The translations under genes were made by a program, and so were the position numbers. 64,000 nucleotides of DNA, from the NCBI GenBank assembly GCA_030627205.1, contig DAOUSN010000004.1, forward strand, positions 1,244 through 65,243, in the 5' to 3' direction. A model generated the notes under the pieces. It was not told where the DNA came from. It ran no database searches and worked only from the letters and a program-made list of their open reading frames with translations. Every line of letters starts with the position of its first letter. Within the stretch, counting starts at the first letter, position 1. Below, one piece after another: positions 1-11,115 of the stretch. This DNA is from Methylococcaceae bacterium (GTDB lineage: Bacteria > Pseudomonadota > Gammaproteobacteria > Methylococcales > Methylomonadaceae).

Positions 1-1491
1 TCTGGTATTCCTTTTTTATCCCATACCACTGAAAAAGGTATTAAATGTTTGGTTGCAGTTAATGGTGGTCTTGTGCCTATTAAACATATTAAAGTTTCAG
101 GAGGAAGGCATTTAGCTGATTATCCTTTATGCAAACCTAAAAATATTATTGGCTATTTACCTAAAACTGAATCGCTACGGGTTACTAATAAAATTAATAT
201 TGATGGTATAAGCATCAGTAAAAAAGGTGCTGTTCCACTATTTTGTCTGGATATTAATATTTTGACTGGCTTAAGTTCAGTTGGTCAATCACAGCTTAAT
301 GAGTTATTAACACAATGTGTGGGAAAAAATACCTCATTATTATTACTGGCAAATAATGAATCATTAAAAAATAAATTATTAGAAGCCGCTAGAAATGATC
401 CACGTTTACAACGTACGGTCGAAATTGCAATCTCACGAATCAATAAAATGGTTCGTAAATTAGAAGCAATTAAGCAAACTATTTTTAAAGATAAAGTGGC
501 TGATGAAGAACCTAAATTATTTATTTCTATGGGAGGAGCCGGGGCAGGTAAAACTGCTGTTGAAGAAATAGCTTACGCCCAATGTGGTAATAATTTTGTG
601 ATTGCTTCATTAGATGAATTTCGTAAACAAAGTGACCTTTACCATGTTTTAACTGCGGCGAATCATCATAGTGATGATTATGTTTATGTTGAACCTTTTG
701 CTAATCTTTTACGTGATTTAGTTGCACAACATGCTAAAGAAAATCGAATTAATATTTTATATGATGGCACGGGAATTCCTTTTATCCCTCGTTATTCGAG
801 CATTGTTGAACAATTTAAGCAGGCGGGGTTTAAATCACAAGTTATTGCTGTGGATGCGTTTATTGTTAAACCTAAAGGTCGTGAACAAGAACTACAACGA
901 CCCGATGTTATTAGTAGTGTTAAATCTCGCTATCAACAAACAAGACGCGCTTTACCGTGGGTTATTACTGTTTATAAACATTTACGAGCTCCGCGTTCAT
1001 TTTTACATGCTATTGAAGAATCATGTTTAGATAAAATTTCGCTGTTTGCTAATGACGGTGAAAAAGATCAACATTATCTCGTTGCTGAAAGTTTTGATGT
1101 CAGCACTAAGGAGGTTGAAATTATACAACAGCAGCAAAAAGATAAAACCTTAGCAATTTATTTGAAACAACAAATAATGACCCGTAATGAATCTATATTA
1201 AAAAATTTAGCACAAAATTGTAAATATAAATTAGTTAAATTAATTGCTCGTAATCCACATTTTGAAGAATTCAATGTTGCCTATCAAGTTTATAGTAATC
1301 GAAATGGTTCGCGAGTTTTATTAATTTATAATACTCGTCGAATGGTTGATTTTGTTGAAAAAAGACAATTAAACTCAAATGCCTCAGGCGAAGAGGGTTT
1401 ACGACATAAAAATGAATCGTTGGCTTTTCATGTTAATCCTAAAAATGAAGAACCGTGGATGATAAGATTACAAGGCTCATCTTTAAAATAA
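1..1491 (+). CDS. C-terminal part of a larger protein with a zeta-toxin-like P-loop kinase domain (5' end outside window)
   Basis: The frame of ORF 49..1491 stays open back to nt 1 (SGIPFLSHTTEKGIKC...), so the listed TTG start is probably internal. Walker A GGAGAGKT followed by ILYDGTG resembles zeta-toxin/AAA_33 kinases. No epsilon-like partner ORF is visible. Confidence 0.55.
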   Translation, partial: SGIPFLSHTTEKGIKCLVAVNGGLVPIKHIKVSGGRHLADYPLCKPKNIIGYLPKTESLRVTNKINIDGISISKKGAVPLFCLDINILTGLSSVGQSQLNELLTQCVGKNTSLLLLANNESLKNKLLEAARNDPRLQRTVEIAISRINKMVRKLEAIKQTIFKDKVADEEPKLFISMGGAGAGKTAVEEIAYAQCGNNFVIASLDEFRKQSDLYHVLTAANHHSDDYVYVEPFANLLRDLVAQHAKENRINILYDGTGIPFIPRYSSIVEQFKQAGFKSQVIAVDAFIVKPKGREQELQRPDVISSVKSRYQQTRRALPWVITVYKHLRAPRSFLHAIEESCLDKISLFANDGEKDQHYLVAESFDVSTKEVEIIQQQQKDKTLAIYLKQQIMTRNESILKNLAQNCKYKLVKLIARNPHFEEFNVAYQVYSNRNGSRVLLIYNTRRMVDFVEKRQLNSNASGEEGLRHKNESLAFHVNPKNEEPWMIRLQGSSLK

Positions 1492-2046
1492 ATCTGATAA
1501 ATCTATTTTAAATTTCTGTAAAAGGGTGACTGTTGTTAATTTATTTTTTATTACTACACTTTGGTAAATTCCATTGATAAGTTTAGAATAACAAATTAAT
1601 CGTTGTTTTTTAACATCTATCACCCACATTTCAGGAATATCAAAATGTGCATACAAAACTGATTTAGTTTTCATATCATAGTTTAAGCTACTATCTGCTA
1701 CCTCAATAATTAGAAAAATATCATCGGCTTTAACATAGCGTTTACGATAAAAATCAGCACGATATTTAACAATTGCAAGGTCAGGTTCAGGTAAGGTATT
1801 TACGTCTAAAAAAATAGAATTTTGTACCCAAATAAGCGCGTTATCTTCTAGTTTTCGATTAAATAAATAAGTTAATTGAGCAATAATACTCGAATGAAAA
1901 AAACCTGTTGGTGACATTTTTAAAATTTTTCCATTAATTAATTCAACTGCCTCGTTTTCTTTTAAAATCCCTATTTTAGCCATTTTAAAATATTCATCAA
2001 TATTAAAAAGTCTGACACGGGGTTCAGATTTAGTTGCTACAATCAT
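1483..2046 (-). CDS. Uma2 (DUF820) family PD-(D/E)xK endonuclease-like protein
   Basis: 187 aa. PEPDLAIV ... IIEVADSS ... K ... IPEMWVID matches the Uma2/DUF820 core. Its ATG overlaps the lspA stop (TAATG, 2044..2048). Confidence 0.8.
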   Translation of the reverse strand: MIVATKSEPRVRLFNIDEYFKMAKIGILKENEAVELINGKILKMSPTGFFHSSIIAQLTYLFNRKLEDNALIWVQNSIFLDVNTLPEPDLAIVKYRADFYRKRYVKADDIFLIIEVADSSLNYDMKTKSVLYAHFDIPEMWVIDVKKQRLICYSKLINGIYQSVVIKNKLTTVTLLQKFKIDLSDLF

Positions 2047-2519
2047 TAATCTTCTTCTTTAAATCGTCCAATTCCAAAATTTTCTAATAGAATTAAAAAT
2101 ACTCCCACACAAATGGCAGAATCAGCTACATTAAACGCAGGCCAATGTTTATCTTGATAATAAACATCTAAAAAATCAATCACATAACCATAGGCAATCC
2201 GATCAATTAAATTACCAATCGCGCCACCTAACACTAACGACAATGCCACCGCTAATAACAGCTCCTGCTTTTTTAAACGCAAAATCCAAACCGTAATCAT
2301 AATGCTCATCACAGAGGCTAGACCTGCAAACAACCAGCGTTGCCACCCTCCAGCATCACTCAAAAAACTAAAAGCCGCACCTTCATTACGCACATAAGTT
2401 AAATTAAAATAGGGCATAATCTGGATAGATTCATAAAGTTGCATTGTCGCTGTTACCGACAATTTACTCCATTGATCTAAAATTATAATGATAAAAGACA
2501 ACCCCAGCCATTTAAGCAT
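2046..2519 (-). CDS. lspA: Lipoprotein signal peptidase (signal peptidase II)
   Basis: 157 aa, multi-TM. Contains the NEGAAFSF and FNVADSAI motifs. Overlaps the ileS stop by 8 nt, as in the conserved ileS-lspA operon. Confidence 0.93.
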   Translation of the reverse strand: MLKWLGLSFIIIILDQWSKLSVTATMQLYESIQIMPYFNLTYVRNEGAAFSFLSDAGGWQRWLFAGLASVMSIMITVWILRLKKQELLLAVALSLVLGGAIGNLIDRIAYGYVIDFLDVYYQDKHWPAFNVADSAICVGVFLILLENFGIGRFKEED

Positions 2520-5337
2520 ATAATCTCACTTCGCCTGCGCCTGCAATATTTTCAACACAACGACCGCATAATTCAGCATGCTCCGTATGATGACCTACAC
2601 TATCTTCATGATGCCAACAACGTACACATTTTTCATGCGAGGAAGCACTGGCTTTTAATTTCAAGCCCGTTAAATCCGTTTGAATCGTCTCTTCAGGCGC
2701 ATTGCTTAAAGGCTTAATAACCGCACGAGAGGTAATAAAAATAAAATGTAATTCTGGTTCAATCAGTTTCAAATTTGAAAACAAAGCATCATCACAATAC
2801 AATTCCACTTCAGCGTTTAAAGATGAACCAATTTTTCCATCTGAACGTAAAGTTTCTAGTTCTTTGCTAATAATAGTTCGAGTGGCAATGAGGTTATCCC
2901 AAAATTCTGTTGTTAAAGGCTGGTCAGCATCTAACCTAAATAAGCCGTCATACCATGTTTCTAAAAAGATAGACTCAGTACGTTCACCGGGGATATGTTG
3001 CCAAATTTCATCCGCCGTATAACTAATAATAGGCGCAAGCCAACGCGATAAGGCTTCAATGACATGGTAAATCGCGGTTTGTGCTGAACGTCGGGCTAAG
3101 CCATCGGCTTTAGCGGTATATTGGCGATCTTTAATAATATCTAAATAAAACCCGCCTAATTCCATTGCACAAAAATGATGCACTTTTTGATAAATATGCT
3201 GGAATTGATAAGCGTCATAATCGGCTTTAATTTCTGCTTGTAAATGATAGGCTTTATCAATGACCCAACGGTCAAGGGCTAATAAATCATGAGGGGCAAG
3301 TTTATCTTTAACAGGGTCAAAATCATTCAAATTGGATAATAAAAACCGCGAGGTATTGCGTAAACGTCGATAACCATCGGTAGTTTGTTTCAAAATATCC
3401 AAGGAGACATTCATTTCTCCTCGATAATCGGTCGCTGCCACCCATAAACGCAATACATCCGCACCTAGGTTTTTCATTACCGTTTGTGGCGCAATTACAT
3501 TGCCCGCGGATTTAGACATTTTTTTGCCTTTCGCATCCACCGTAAACCCATGAGTGAGTACTTGTTTGTACGGAGCAACGCCATTGATGGCAGTTGAGGT
3601 TAATAATGACGATTGAAACCATCCTCGATGTTGATCTGAACCTTCTAAATATAAATCGGCAGGAAAATTTAAGGCTTCACGACGATTAATCACCGCCTGA
3701 TGAGTGACCCCTGAATCAAACCAAACATCTAGGGTATCGGACATTTTATCGTAATCATCCGCGTCATCGCCTAAGAAATCTGCAACATCGGATGAAAACC
3801 ACGCTTCAATGCCCTTTTCTTCAATTTTCAACGCAACTTCTTCAATTAATTCATCAGTACGCGGATGTAATTCACCTGTTTCTTTATGCATAAAAAAAGG
3901 AATCGGTACGCCCCATGTTCGTTGACGAGAAATACACCAATCAGGGCGACCCTCCATCATTGATTCAATCCGCGCCATCCCCCAATCAGGAATCCATTCG
4001 ACTTTTTTAGCCGCTGCTAACGCCGTTTGCCGCAATTTATTTTTATCCATAGCAATAAACCATTGCGGGGTGGCTCTAAAAATAATTGGGGTTTTATGTC
4101 GCCAACAATGCGGATAACTATGCAATAACGCATGATGATGAATTAACGCGCCTTTTTCTTGCAAAACTTCTAATACATGGTCATTGGCACTAAAAACATG
4201 TTCTCCTGCGAAAAATTCGGTATTCGGTAAAAATACCCCATTATTGCCCACAGGATTATCCACTGGCAAACCATAACGTTGACCCACAATATAATCGTCT
4301 TGACCGTGACCTGGTGCAGTATGTACTACCCCTGTTCCTGCGTCCGTAGTCACATGATCGCCTAAAATAATCGGAACTTGGCGATCATAAAAAGGGTGTT
4401 GTAATAATTGATTTTCGAGTGTCTCCCCTTTGCAATACGCCAATACATGATAATCGTCAATGCTATAACGAAACATCACTTCTTTTAATAAGGCTTCAGC
4501 AATCACTAAACGCTCTTTAATGCCTTCGTTTTCAACTTGTACTACGGCGTATTCTAATTCAGGATTAACCGCAACCGCTTGATTTGCAGGCAATGTCCAC
4601 GGGGTGGTTGTCCAAATAACAACCGATAACGTCCCTTCTCCTTCATGATCTTTAACATGATGGCAACTTTCAATTAATGCGACTGAATTTAACACCTTAA
4701 AACGCACATCAATCGCAGGCGAATGTTTATCTTCATATTCAACTTCCGCTTCCGCTAAAGCCGATCCACAATCCGTACACCAATGCACAGGTTTCGCGCC
4801 TGTTTCAATATGCTTATTCGCATGAATTTTACCCAATGAACGCACAATATCGGCTTCAAATTTATAATCCATCGTTAAGTAAGGATTATCCCACTCGCCC
4901 AAAATACCTAAACGAATGAAAGCCTCTTTTTGTAGTTTGATTTGTTTGGTAGCATATTTTCGACATTCTTTCCGAAAAATTTCAGGGGATACTTTAACCC
5001 CTGCTTTGCCTATTTTTTTCTCAACTTGCAATTCAATCGGCAACCCATGACAATCCCAACCGGGTACATAAGGCGCATCAAATCCCGATAAGGTTTTCGA
5101 TTTAAGAATCATATCTTTAAGAATTTTATTCACCGCATGACCAATATGAATTTCACCATTGGCATAGGGAGGGCCATCATGCAAAATAAATTTTGGACGA
5201 TCGACGGTAAGCTCTCTAATTTGTTGGTATAAGCCCACTTGATTCCATTGCTTTAAACGCATGGGTTCACGTTGAGCTAAATTACCTTTCATTGGAAAAG
5301 CGGTTTTGGGAAGATTGAGCGTTTTTTTGTAATCCAT
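2512..5337 (-). CDS. ileS: Isoleucine--tRNA ligase
   Basis: 941 aa. HIGH motif ([11 protein letters not shown]), KMSKS, and C-terminal Zn-binding cysteines (CVRCWHH...CGRC). Confidence 0.98.
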   Translation of the reverse strand: MDYKKTLNLPKTAFPMKGNLAQREPMRLKQWNQVGLYQQIRELTVDRPKFILHDGPPYANGEIHIGHAVNKILKDMILKSKTLSGFDAPYVPGWDCHGLPIELQVEKKIGKAGVKVSPEIFRKECRKYATKQIKLQKEAFIRLGILGEWDNPYLTMDYKFEADIVRSLGKIHANKHIETGAKPVHWCTDCGSALAEAEVEYEDKHSPAIDVRFKVLNSVALIESCHHVKDHEGEGTLSVVIWTTTPWTLPANQAVAVNPELEYAVVQVENEGIKERLVIAEALLKEVMFRYSIDDYHVLAYCKGETLENQLLQHPFYDRQVPIILGDHVTTDAGTGVVHTAPGHGQDDYIVGQRYGLPVDNPVGNNGVFLPNTEFFAGEHVFSANDHVLEVLQEKGALIHHHALLHSYPHCWRHKTPIIFRATPQWFIAMDKNKLRQTALAAAKKVEWIPDWGMARIESMMEGRPDWCISRQRTWGVPIPFFMHKETGELHPRTDELIEEVALKIEEKGIEAWFSSDVADFLGDDADDYDKMSDTLDVWFDSGVTHQAVINRREALNFPADLYLEGSDQHRGWFQSSLLTSTAINGVAPYKQVLTHGFTVDAKGKKMSKSAGNVIAPQTVMKNLGADVLRLWVAATDYRGEMNVSLDILKQTTDGYRRLRNTSRFLLSNLNDFDPVKDKLAPHDLLALDRWVIDKAYHLQAEIKADYDAYQFQHIYQKVHHFCAMELGGFYLDIIKDRQYTAKADGLARRSAQTAIYHVIEALSRWLAPIISYTADEIWQHIPGERTESIFLETWYDGLFRLDADQPLTTEFWDNLIATRTIISKELETLRSDGKIGSSLNAEVELYCDDALFSNLKLIEPELHFIFITSRAVIKPLSNAPEETIQTDLTGLKLKASASSHEKCVRCWHHEDSVGHHTEHAELCGRCVENIAGAGEVRLYA

Positions 5338-5738
5338 GATCGGTATCTTAAAAATTAAATTGTAAAAAATTACAGCAATAAGTTAGTGTTATTTTAACAG
5401 GCAAACATAAATTATGTAGCATGATATTTAGAAATTATGATAACAATTTAAATTTGATTCCCTCATTCAGTTAGCATAAAGATACAGCTGCTAAATGAGT
5501 TACCAATAAGATAGTACCATTAAGTTAACAGAAAAGGTTAAGGCAAAAAATGTCAGGATAGAGCATTTATTATGCTAATATTGACCACATTGATATAATT
5601 AATCGCTTTTTAATCCATTTGTGTAGTTAATCTACAATTCATCGGAATATTAGCTTTATATCGAAAAAATAGATTAGAGATTATCGTAAATGTAGATCTG
5701 TTTTTATATTATTATCCGTCACTTAATGCTCATAACCT

Positions 5739-6560
5739 ATGAATTCACCAGACCTTTATGCTGTTTTTGGACAACCAATTAATCATAGTAAATCACCACA
5801 AATTCATCGACTATTTGCAGAACAAACCGCCCAAAATTTAAATTATCACACAAAAGAAGTCGGAAAAGATTTTTTTGAAAGTGCTGCTAATAATTTTTTT
5901 ACAAAGGGGGGGGAAGGACTTAACTGCACCGTGCCTCTAAAGGAATGTGCTTATCAATTTGCAACCAAACTTACTCAGCGAGCAACCTTCGCAAAAGCTG
6001 TTAACACCCTTAGTTTACAACAAGATGGATCTATTTTAGGTGATAATACTGACGGATGCGGGTTAGTGATGGATTTAATTAATCACCAAATTTCGCTTAC
6101 AGGAAAGCGTATTTTAATTTTAGGTGCTGGCGGGGCATCACGAGGAATTATTGCACCCATTATTAAACATAAGCCCAAGCAATTAGTCATTGTCAATCGT
6201 AGCATAGAAAAAGCACTGAAGTTAGCCACAGAATTTCAAAGTTTAGGAATGAGTATTCATGGCTGTGGTTATGACGATTTAGCACCACAACAGTTTGATT
6301 TAATTTTAAATGCAACCTCCGCCAGTCTTAGCAATCAACTTCCACCTTTACCTAAAAACCTCTTAGCTAAAAATGGCTGTTGTTATGATTTAGCCTATGG
6401 TAATCAACCTACTATCTTTGTAAATTGGGGGATTGAAAATAAAGCTATTAAAAGCCTAGATGGTTTAGGAATGTTAATTGAACAAGCTGCGGAATCTTTT
6501 TATATTTGGCGTGGAATACGGCCTAATACACAACGGGTAATGGCTATATTTAATCGCTAA
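5739..6560 (+). CDS. aroE: Shikimate dehydrogenase
   Basis: 273 aa. N-terminal GQPINHSKSP shikimate-binding motif and GAGGASRG Rossmann motif. Confidence 0.9.
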   Translation: MNSPDLYAVFGQPINHSKSPQIHRLFAEQTAQNLNYHTKEVGKDFFESAANNFFTKGGEGLNCTVPLKECAYQFATKLTQRATFAKAVNTLSLQQDGSILGDNTDGCGLVMDLINHQISLTGKRILILGAGGASRGIIAPIIKHKPKQLVIVNRSIEKALKLATEFQSLGMSIHGCGYDDLAPQQFDLILNATSASLSNQLPPLPKNLLAKNGCCYDLAYGNQPTIFVNWGIENKAIKSLDGLGMLIEQAAESFYIWRGIRPNTQRVMAIFNR

Positions 6561-6690
6561 AATAAAATAATTGGGTATTTAATAAAGATACTACTCTATA
6601 GATTGTTGCTTGTTAATTGTAATTTATCCATAACATTAATGATATAAAAGGTTACAATACCGCCTTTTTATTGATAAACAGGATTAAGTT

Positions 6691-7617
6691 TTGACGGTAA
6701 AAGTTATTCGTATTGCGACACGAAAAAGTCCTTTAGCTTTATGGCAGGCCAAACATGTTGCCGCTAAATTGAAAACCGCCTTTCCAGAGCTTAACACTGA
6801 GCTTGTAGTTATGGTGACTCAGGGCGATAAAATTTTAGATACGCCTTTAGCAAAAATTGGCGGTAAAGGATTGTTTGTTAAGGAATTGGAACAGGGTATA
6901 TTAGCAGGAACAGCCGATATTGCAGTACATTCAATGAAAGATGTCCCTGTTGAATTTCCACCCGGATTACATTTAGCGGTTATTTTAGAGCGAGAAGACC
7001 CACGTGATGCCTTTGTATCTCATCGTTATCGTTCTCTTAATGAGTTACCTGAAAATGCTAAAATAGGAACGTGTAGTCTTCGTCGTCAATGCCAATTAAA
7101 AGAACGTTTTCCTAATGCCAATATTTTACCGTTACGTGGCAATGTTAATACCAGATTAGCAAAATTAGATGCCGATGAATTTGATGCAATTATTTTAGCG
7201 GCAGCGGGTTTAAAACGCTTAGGGATGGCAGATAGAATCACCCAGTCACTCAATAGCACGATTAGTTTACCTGCTATTGGTCAAGGTGCAATTGGAATTG
7301 AATCTCGTGGTAATGATGATGAAATCAATCAAATTTTGCAAGTTTTAGCTGATAAAAATACTACGATTCGTTTAACCGCAGAAAGAGCAATGAACGCGCG
7401 TTTAAATGGCGGCTGTCAAGTACCCATTGCAGGTTTTGCTGAAATTAAACAGCAACAACTATTTATGCGTGGTTTAGTTGGCAACCCTGATGGTTCAATT
7501 ATTTATCGGTCAGAGAAAATAGGCTCTCTTGATGATGCTGCACAAATAGGCGTAGATATTGCTAATGACTTGTTGGCACAAGGTGCAGATAAAATCTTAG
7601 CGGCACTCTATTCTTAG
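6691..7617 (+). CDS. hemC: Porphobilinogen deaminase (hydroxymethylbilane synthase)
   Basis: 308 aa. [16 protein letters not shown]-terminus and cofactor Cys region [12 protein letters not shown] start per the ORF track. Confidence 0.95.
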   Translation: MTVKVIRIATRKSPLALWQAKHVAAKLKTAFPELNTELVVMVTQGDKILDTPLAKIGGKGLFVKELEQGILAGTADIAVHSMKDVPVEFPPGLHLAVILEREDPRDAFVSHRYRSLNELPENAKIGTCSLRRQCQLKERFPNANILPLRGNVNTRLAKLDADEFDAIILAAAGLKRLGMADRITQSLNSTISLPAIGQGAIGIESRGNDDEINQILQVLADKNTTIRLTAERAMNARLNGGCQVPIAGFAEIKQQQLFMRGLVGNPDGSIIYRSEKIGSLDDAAQIGVDIANDLLAQGADKILAALYS

Positions 7618-7624
7618 ATAAGAA

Positions 7625-8425
7625 ATGCACCATGATATGAAAACCACGCTCAATGGATTAAAGGTATTAGTCACTCGCCCTGTTCATCAAGCAAAAAAGC
7701 TTGCACAATTGATTGAACAACAAGGTGGTGAAGCTATTATGTTTCCAACTATTGCAATTAAACCTGTTAAACATCTTGCAGTGATAAAAAAAAGTCTTGA
7801 AAACATAGCTTATTATCAATGGCTTATTTTTATTAGTGTTAATGCGGTAAAGTTTGTACAACAGGTAAATAATGGCAAATTAGACACCTTTAAGCAAGCT
7901 AATATTATAGCCATAGGAGCAGCAACTGCTAAAGCTCTAGAGACGATAGGATTAGAGGTGGATTTAATTCCAAAGACTGGGTTTACTAGTGAGGCATTAT
8001 TAATGATGCCGTCGTTACAGGCTATTAGTGGACAAAGGTTTTTAATTATACGCGGTCAAGGTGGTCGTGAAACTTTAGCAAATATACTCAAACAACGTGG
8101 AGCAAAGGTTGATTATTTAGAGGTTTACAAGCGTGTGAAACCGACACCTATAAATGAAATGATGGTTATCGCATTAATAAAACAAAAAAAACTGGATGCA
8201 ATTACCATCACCAGTGGTGAAGCATTAAATAATTTAATGACTTTATTAATGGGACGTATAATAGTCTCATTATTATTTGAGATACCGCTAATTGTAATCA
8301 GCACACGTATTAAAAATATAGCACTAGAAATAGGATTCAAACACGTGCTTGTTAGTGCAAGCCCTGCTGATACAGCAATTATTATGACAGTGACAACAGT
8401 ATGTAATGGGGAAAACTATGGCTGA
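7625..8425 (+). CDS. hemD: Uroporphyrinogen-III synthase
   Basis: 266 aa, starting 7 nt after hemC. HemD-like blocks (LKVLVTRP..., ITITSGEAL). The true start could be the second Met at ~7637. Confidence 0.8.
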   Translation: MHHDMKTTLNGLKVLVTRPVHQAKKLAQLIEQQGGEAIMFPTIAIKPVKHLAVIKKSLENIAYYQWLIFISVNAVKFVQQVNNGKLDTFKQANIIAIGAATAKALETIGLEVDLIPKTGFTSEALLMMPSLQAISGQRFLIIRGQGGRETLANILKQRGAKVDYLEVYKRVKPTPINEMMVIALIKQKKLDAITITSGEALNNLMTLLMGRIIVSLLFEIPLIVISTRIKNIALEIGFKHVLVSASPADTAIIMTVTTVCNGENYG

Positions 8426-9737
8426 AAAAGTAACTGAAGAACAACCAGAAAATAAAGTCGTAACTAAACAGGTTATTGTGGCAGAAAGAAAATTCAAAGC
8501 TTGGATTGGATTAATACTTATTGTTTTGCTAATTATTGTATTAGCAACCATAGGAACTTATTTATTACAGCAATTAAATAATAAGCAAGAAAACCAAAAA
8601 GCAAATATTGCTGGTGAAATTAAACGTGTTTCAGAATTAACCACGCAAATTAACAGCATCCAATCAGAACTTGCCTCAACACAAAAACAATTAACCTCTG
8701 TTAATGCTGATGTGACTGGTACAGATGATATTTTTAATAAACGCTTAAATGAATTCTCAAAACGGCAGGATGAAAAATTAACAGCAACTCATGCTGATTT
8801 AAAGCTAACTATTTTACAGTTACAACGACAACTAGGTAAAACTCGTGGTGATTGGTTAATGGCTGATGCTGAATATTTATTAAGCGTTGCTAATCAAAGA
8901 TTACATTTAATGGGGGATTTAAATACTACTCGTGAAGCATTAAAAGCAGCCGACCAACGGCTTCGTGAAAGTGGTGACGCAGCAGCATTTAAAGTTAGAG
9001 AGCAAATTACCAAAGAACTTTCCGCACTAAAAGAAGTGACTGTTAACGATATTGTTGGCAATTATTCAAGCTTACAAATGCTTATTGATAAAATAGATGG
9101 ATTGGCACTTATTTTACCTTATGCGGCTAAACCACTCACAAACTCTAAAGAAGTTTATAGCGACACAAAAAATGTTAAAAATTCTCATACATTAATGAAT
9201 TTAGTCTTAAAACAACTTGAAGGTACAGTTAGTATTCGCCATACTAATCAAGCTGTTAATAAAATTTTAACCACAGAAGAAGCAAAGCTAATCAAACAAC
9301 AACTCAGCATTAAATTAGAGATGGTTAAAATTGCTTTAGTACAAAAAAATAAAGCATTGTATGAAACTAGCGTTGATGATGCGTTAAAATGGATAGATAT
9401 TAATTTTATTACCAATGAAAAATCTAAAATTTTTATTAGTGAGCTTAAAAAATTAAATAAAGTACAAATTCATTCTGAATTGCCTGATATTAGTCTTTCA
9501 TTAAAAATGTTACGCGATATTACTAAATTACGAATAGAAACGGATAAAGCTTTGCCAGATGAAACCATTACTGCAACGGATAATACTACAACGGATATAA
9601 ATAGTAAAAATAAACCAGAAACACCAAGTATAACCAGGTCAAAAGAAATTGAAATAGATACGTCAATAAATACGTCTGTTGTTTCACCAAAAAACTCAGA
9701 AAAAGATGCACCTGCTACCTCTGAACCTAAGCAATAA
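8406..9737 (+). CDS. hemX: HemX-like membrane protein (uroporphyrinogen-III C-methyltransferase-like)
   Basis: 443 aa with one N-terminal TM and a coiled coil. DWLMADAEYLLSVANQRL block is typical of HemX. Sits in the hemCDXY position. Confidence 0.72.
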   Translation: MGKTMAEKVTEEQPENKVVTKQVIVAERKFKAWIGLILIVLLIIVLATIGTYLLQQLNNKQENQKANIAGEIKRVSELTTQINSIQSELASTQKQLTSVNADVTGTDDIFNKRLNEFSKRQDEKLTATHADLKLTILQLQRQLGKTRGDWLMADAEYLLSVANQRLHLMGDLNTTREALKAADQRLRESGDAAAFKVREQITKELSALKEVTVNDIVGNYSSLQMLIDKIDGLALILPYAAKPLTNSKEVYSDTKNVKNSHTLMNLVLKQLEGTVSIRHTNQAVNKILTTEEAKLIKQQLSIKLEMVKIALVQKNKALYETSVDDALKWIDINFITNEKSKIFISELKKLNKVQIHSELPDISLSLKMLRDITKLRIETDKALPDETITATDNTTTDINSKNKPETPSITRSKEIEIDTSINTSVVSPKNSEKDAPATSEPKQ

Positions 9738-9752
9738 ATAGAGATCCTAATA

Positions 9753-11000
9753 ATGAAAAAAAACAGTATTTATTTTCTAAGCTTAGTTATTAGTGCAGGA
9801 ACGCTTGCTTATTTTATTTATGCTTGGTTAACAGGATACGAAAGTCCTGGCTACTTATTGATGGGGTTTGGTCACTGGTCATTTGAAACAACAGCGGTTG
9901 TTTTTATCACCATTCAAATTTTTAGTTTTGTTATTTTTTATATTATTTTTAGGGTACTGGGATTATTACTACGCTGGCCTAGCAAAGCAATAACCCGCCG
10001 CCAGAATAGTAAAGTTGATCGTTCGCAAAATGCATTAATTCAAGGTTTAGTTGATTCAGCGGCGGGAAATTGGGAAAATGCTGAAAAAGTATTAATTCGT
10101 CATGCGGCTAATAGTGGAGCACCATTATTGCATTATCTAACCGCAGCTCGTGCCGCACAATCTCGTGGAGCAATAACTGCACGTGATGAATATCTTAAAC
10201 AAGCAGCCGCTCAAAGTAGTGATACTAATATTGCCGTAGGATTGACACAAGCTGAATTAAATTTATCTGAAAAACAGTTTGATGATGCAGTAAAAACGTT
10301 AACCAAATTAAATACAATTAATCCTAGCCATGCGAGTGTTTTAAAGTTATTACATCAGGCTTATCAAAGTTTAGGTGATTGGGAAGGGATGCGTAAACTA
10401 CTGCCTTCTTTACATAAAAATAAAGTCTTAATGGAAGTGGAAGTCGAAATATTAGAAAGAGAAACTTATACTCGGTTACTAAAAAAAGTTGCTAAAAAAG
10501 AGAAAGTCAGTGAAATCCAACAATTTTGGATAAGTATTCCCTCTTATATCCAAAAACTTAACGAAGTTCGTTCTATTTATTTTGCAGCCATGATTGTTGC
10601 TAATGGAGGAGCTGAAATTGAAACTGCGGTTGTGGATTCTATTTCTGAAAACTGGAATGAAACTTTATTAGTTATTTTTGGTAATATTAAATCAAACCAT
10701 TATGTTAATCAATTACTAACTGCCGAAAAGTGGGTTGCCTCGCATCCAGAAAATGCAGTTTTATTACGAATGCTGGGAAAAATTAGCATAAAATGTGACC
10801 AGCCCGATAAAGCCGAAGATTATTTATCACAAAGTATTGCTTTACAGCCAACTGTGGCAGCTTATCAACTATTAGGCGATCTATTTTATAATAAAAATGA
10901 TAAGAATAAAGCTAGTGAATGTTATAAATATGGTTTAGAACTTGCGTCAAACACAATTGAAGATAATGTTGAAAAAATTTATTCAGATACAACATTGTAA
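9753..11000 (+). CDS. hemY: HemY-like TPR membrane protein
   Basis: 415 aa with two N-terminal TM helices and a TPR-like C-terminal half. Last gene of the hemCDXY order. Confidence 0.75.
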   Translation: MKKNSIYFLSLVISAGTLAYFIYAWLTGYESPGYLLMGFGHWSFETTAVVFITIQIFSFVIFYIIFRVLGLLLRWPSKAITRRQNSKVDRSQNALIQGLVDSAAGNWENAEKVLIRHAANSGAPLLHYLTAARAAQSRGAITARDEYLKQAAAQSSDTNIAVGLTQAELNLSEKQFDDAVKTLTKLNTINPSHASVLKLLHQAYQSLGDWEGMRKLLPSLHKNKVLMEVEVEILERETYTRLLKKVAKKEKVSEIQQFWISIPSYIQKLNEVRSIYFAAMIVANGGAEIETAVVDSISENWNETLLVIFGNIKSNHYVNQLLTAEKWVASHPENAVLLRMLGKISIKCDQPDKAEDYLSQSIALQPTVAAYQLLGDLFYNKNDKNKASECYKYGLELASNTIEDNVEKIYSDTTL

Positions 11001-11048
11001 TGGTTAATAATAGAGCTAAAATAGCGTTAGCTGTACTTATCAACGACT

Positions 11049-11076
11049 GCAATAGTGAACGGCTATTGCTTTCTTC
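11049..11076 (+). terminator. Putative intrinsic terminator after hemY
   Basis: GCAATAG-tgaacgg-CTATTGC hairpin followed by TTTCTTC. Confidence 0.45.
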
Positions 11077-11115
11077 ATTATATTTTTACCTCAAAACAGT
11101 CAAAGAGAAAACACG

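Noticed and set aside
722-1030. 102-aa plus-strand ORF in an alternative frame of the zeta-like gene
   Set aside because: It is entirely nested in the longer, motif-bearing frame, and its translation is low-complexity (Leu/Asn/Lys-rich) with no start-site signals.
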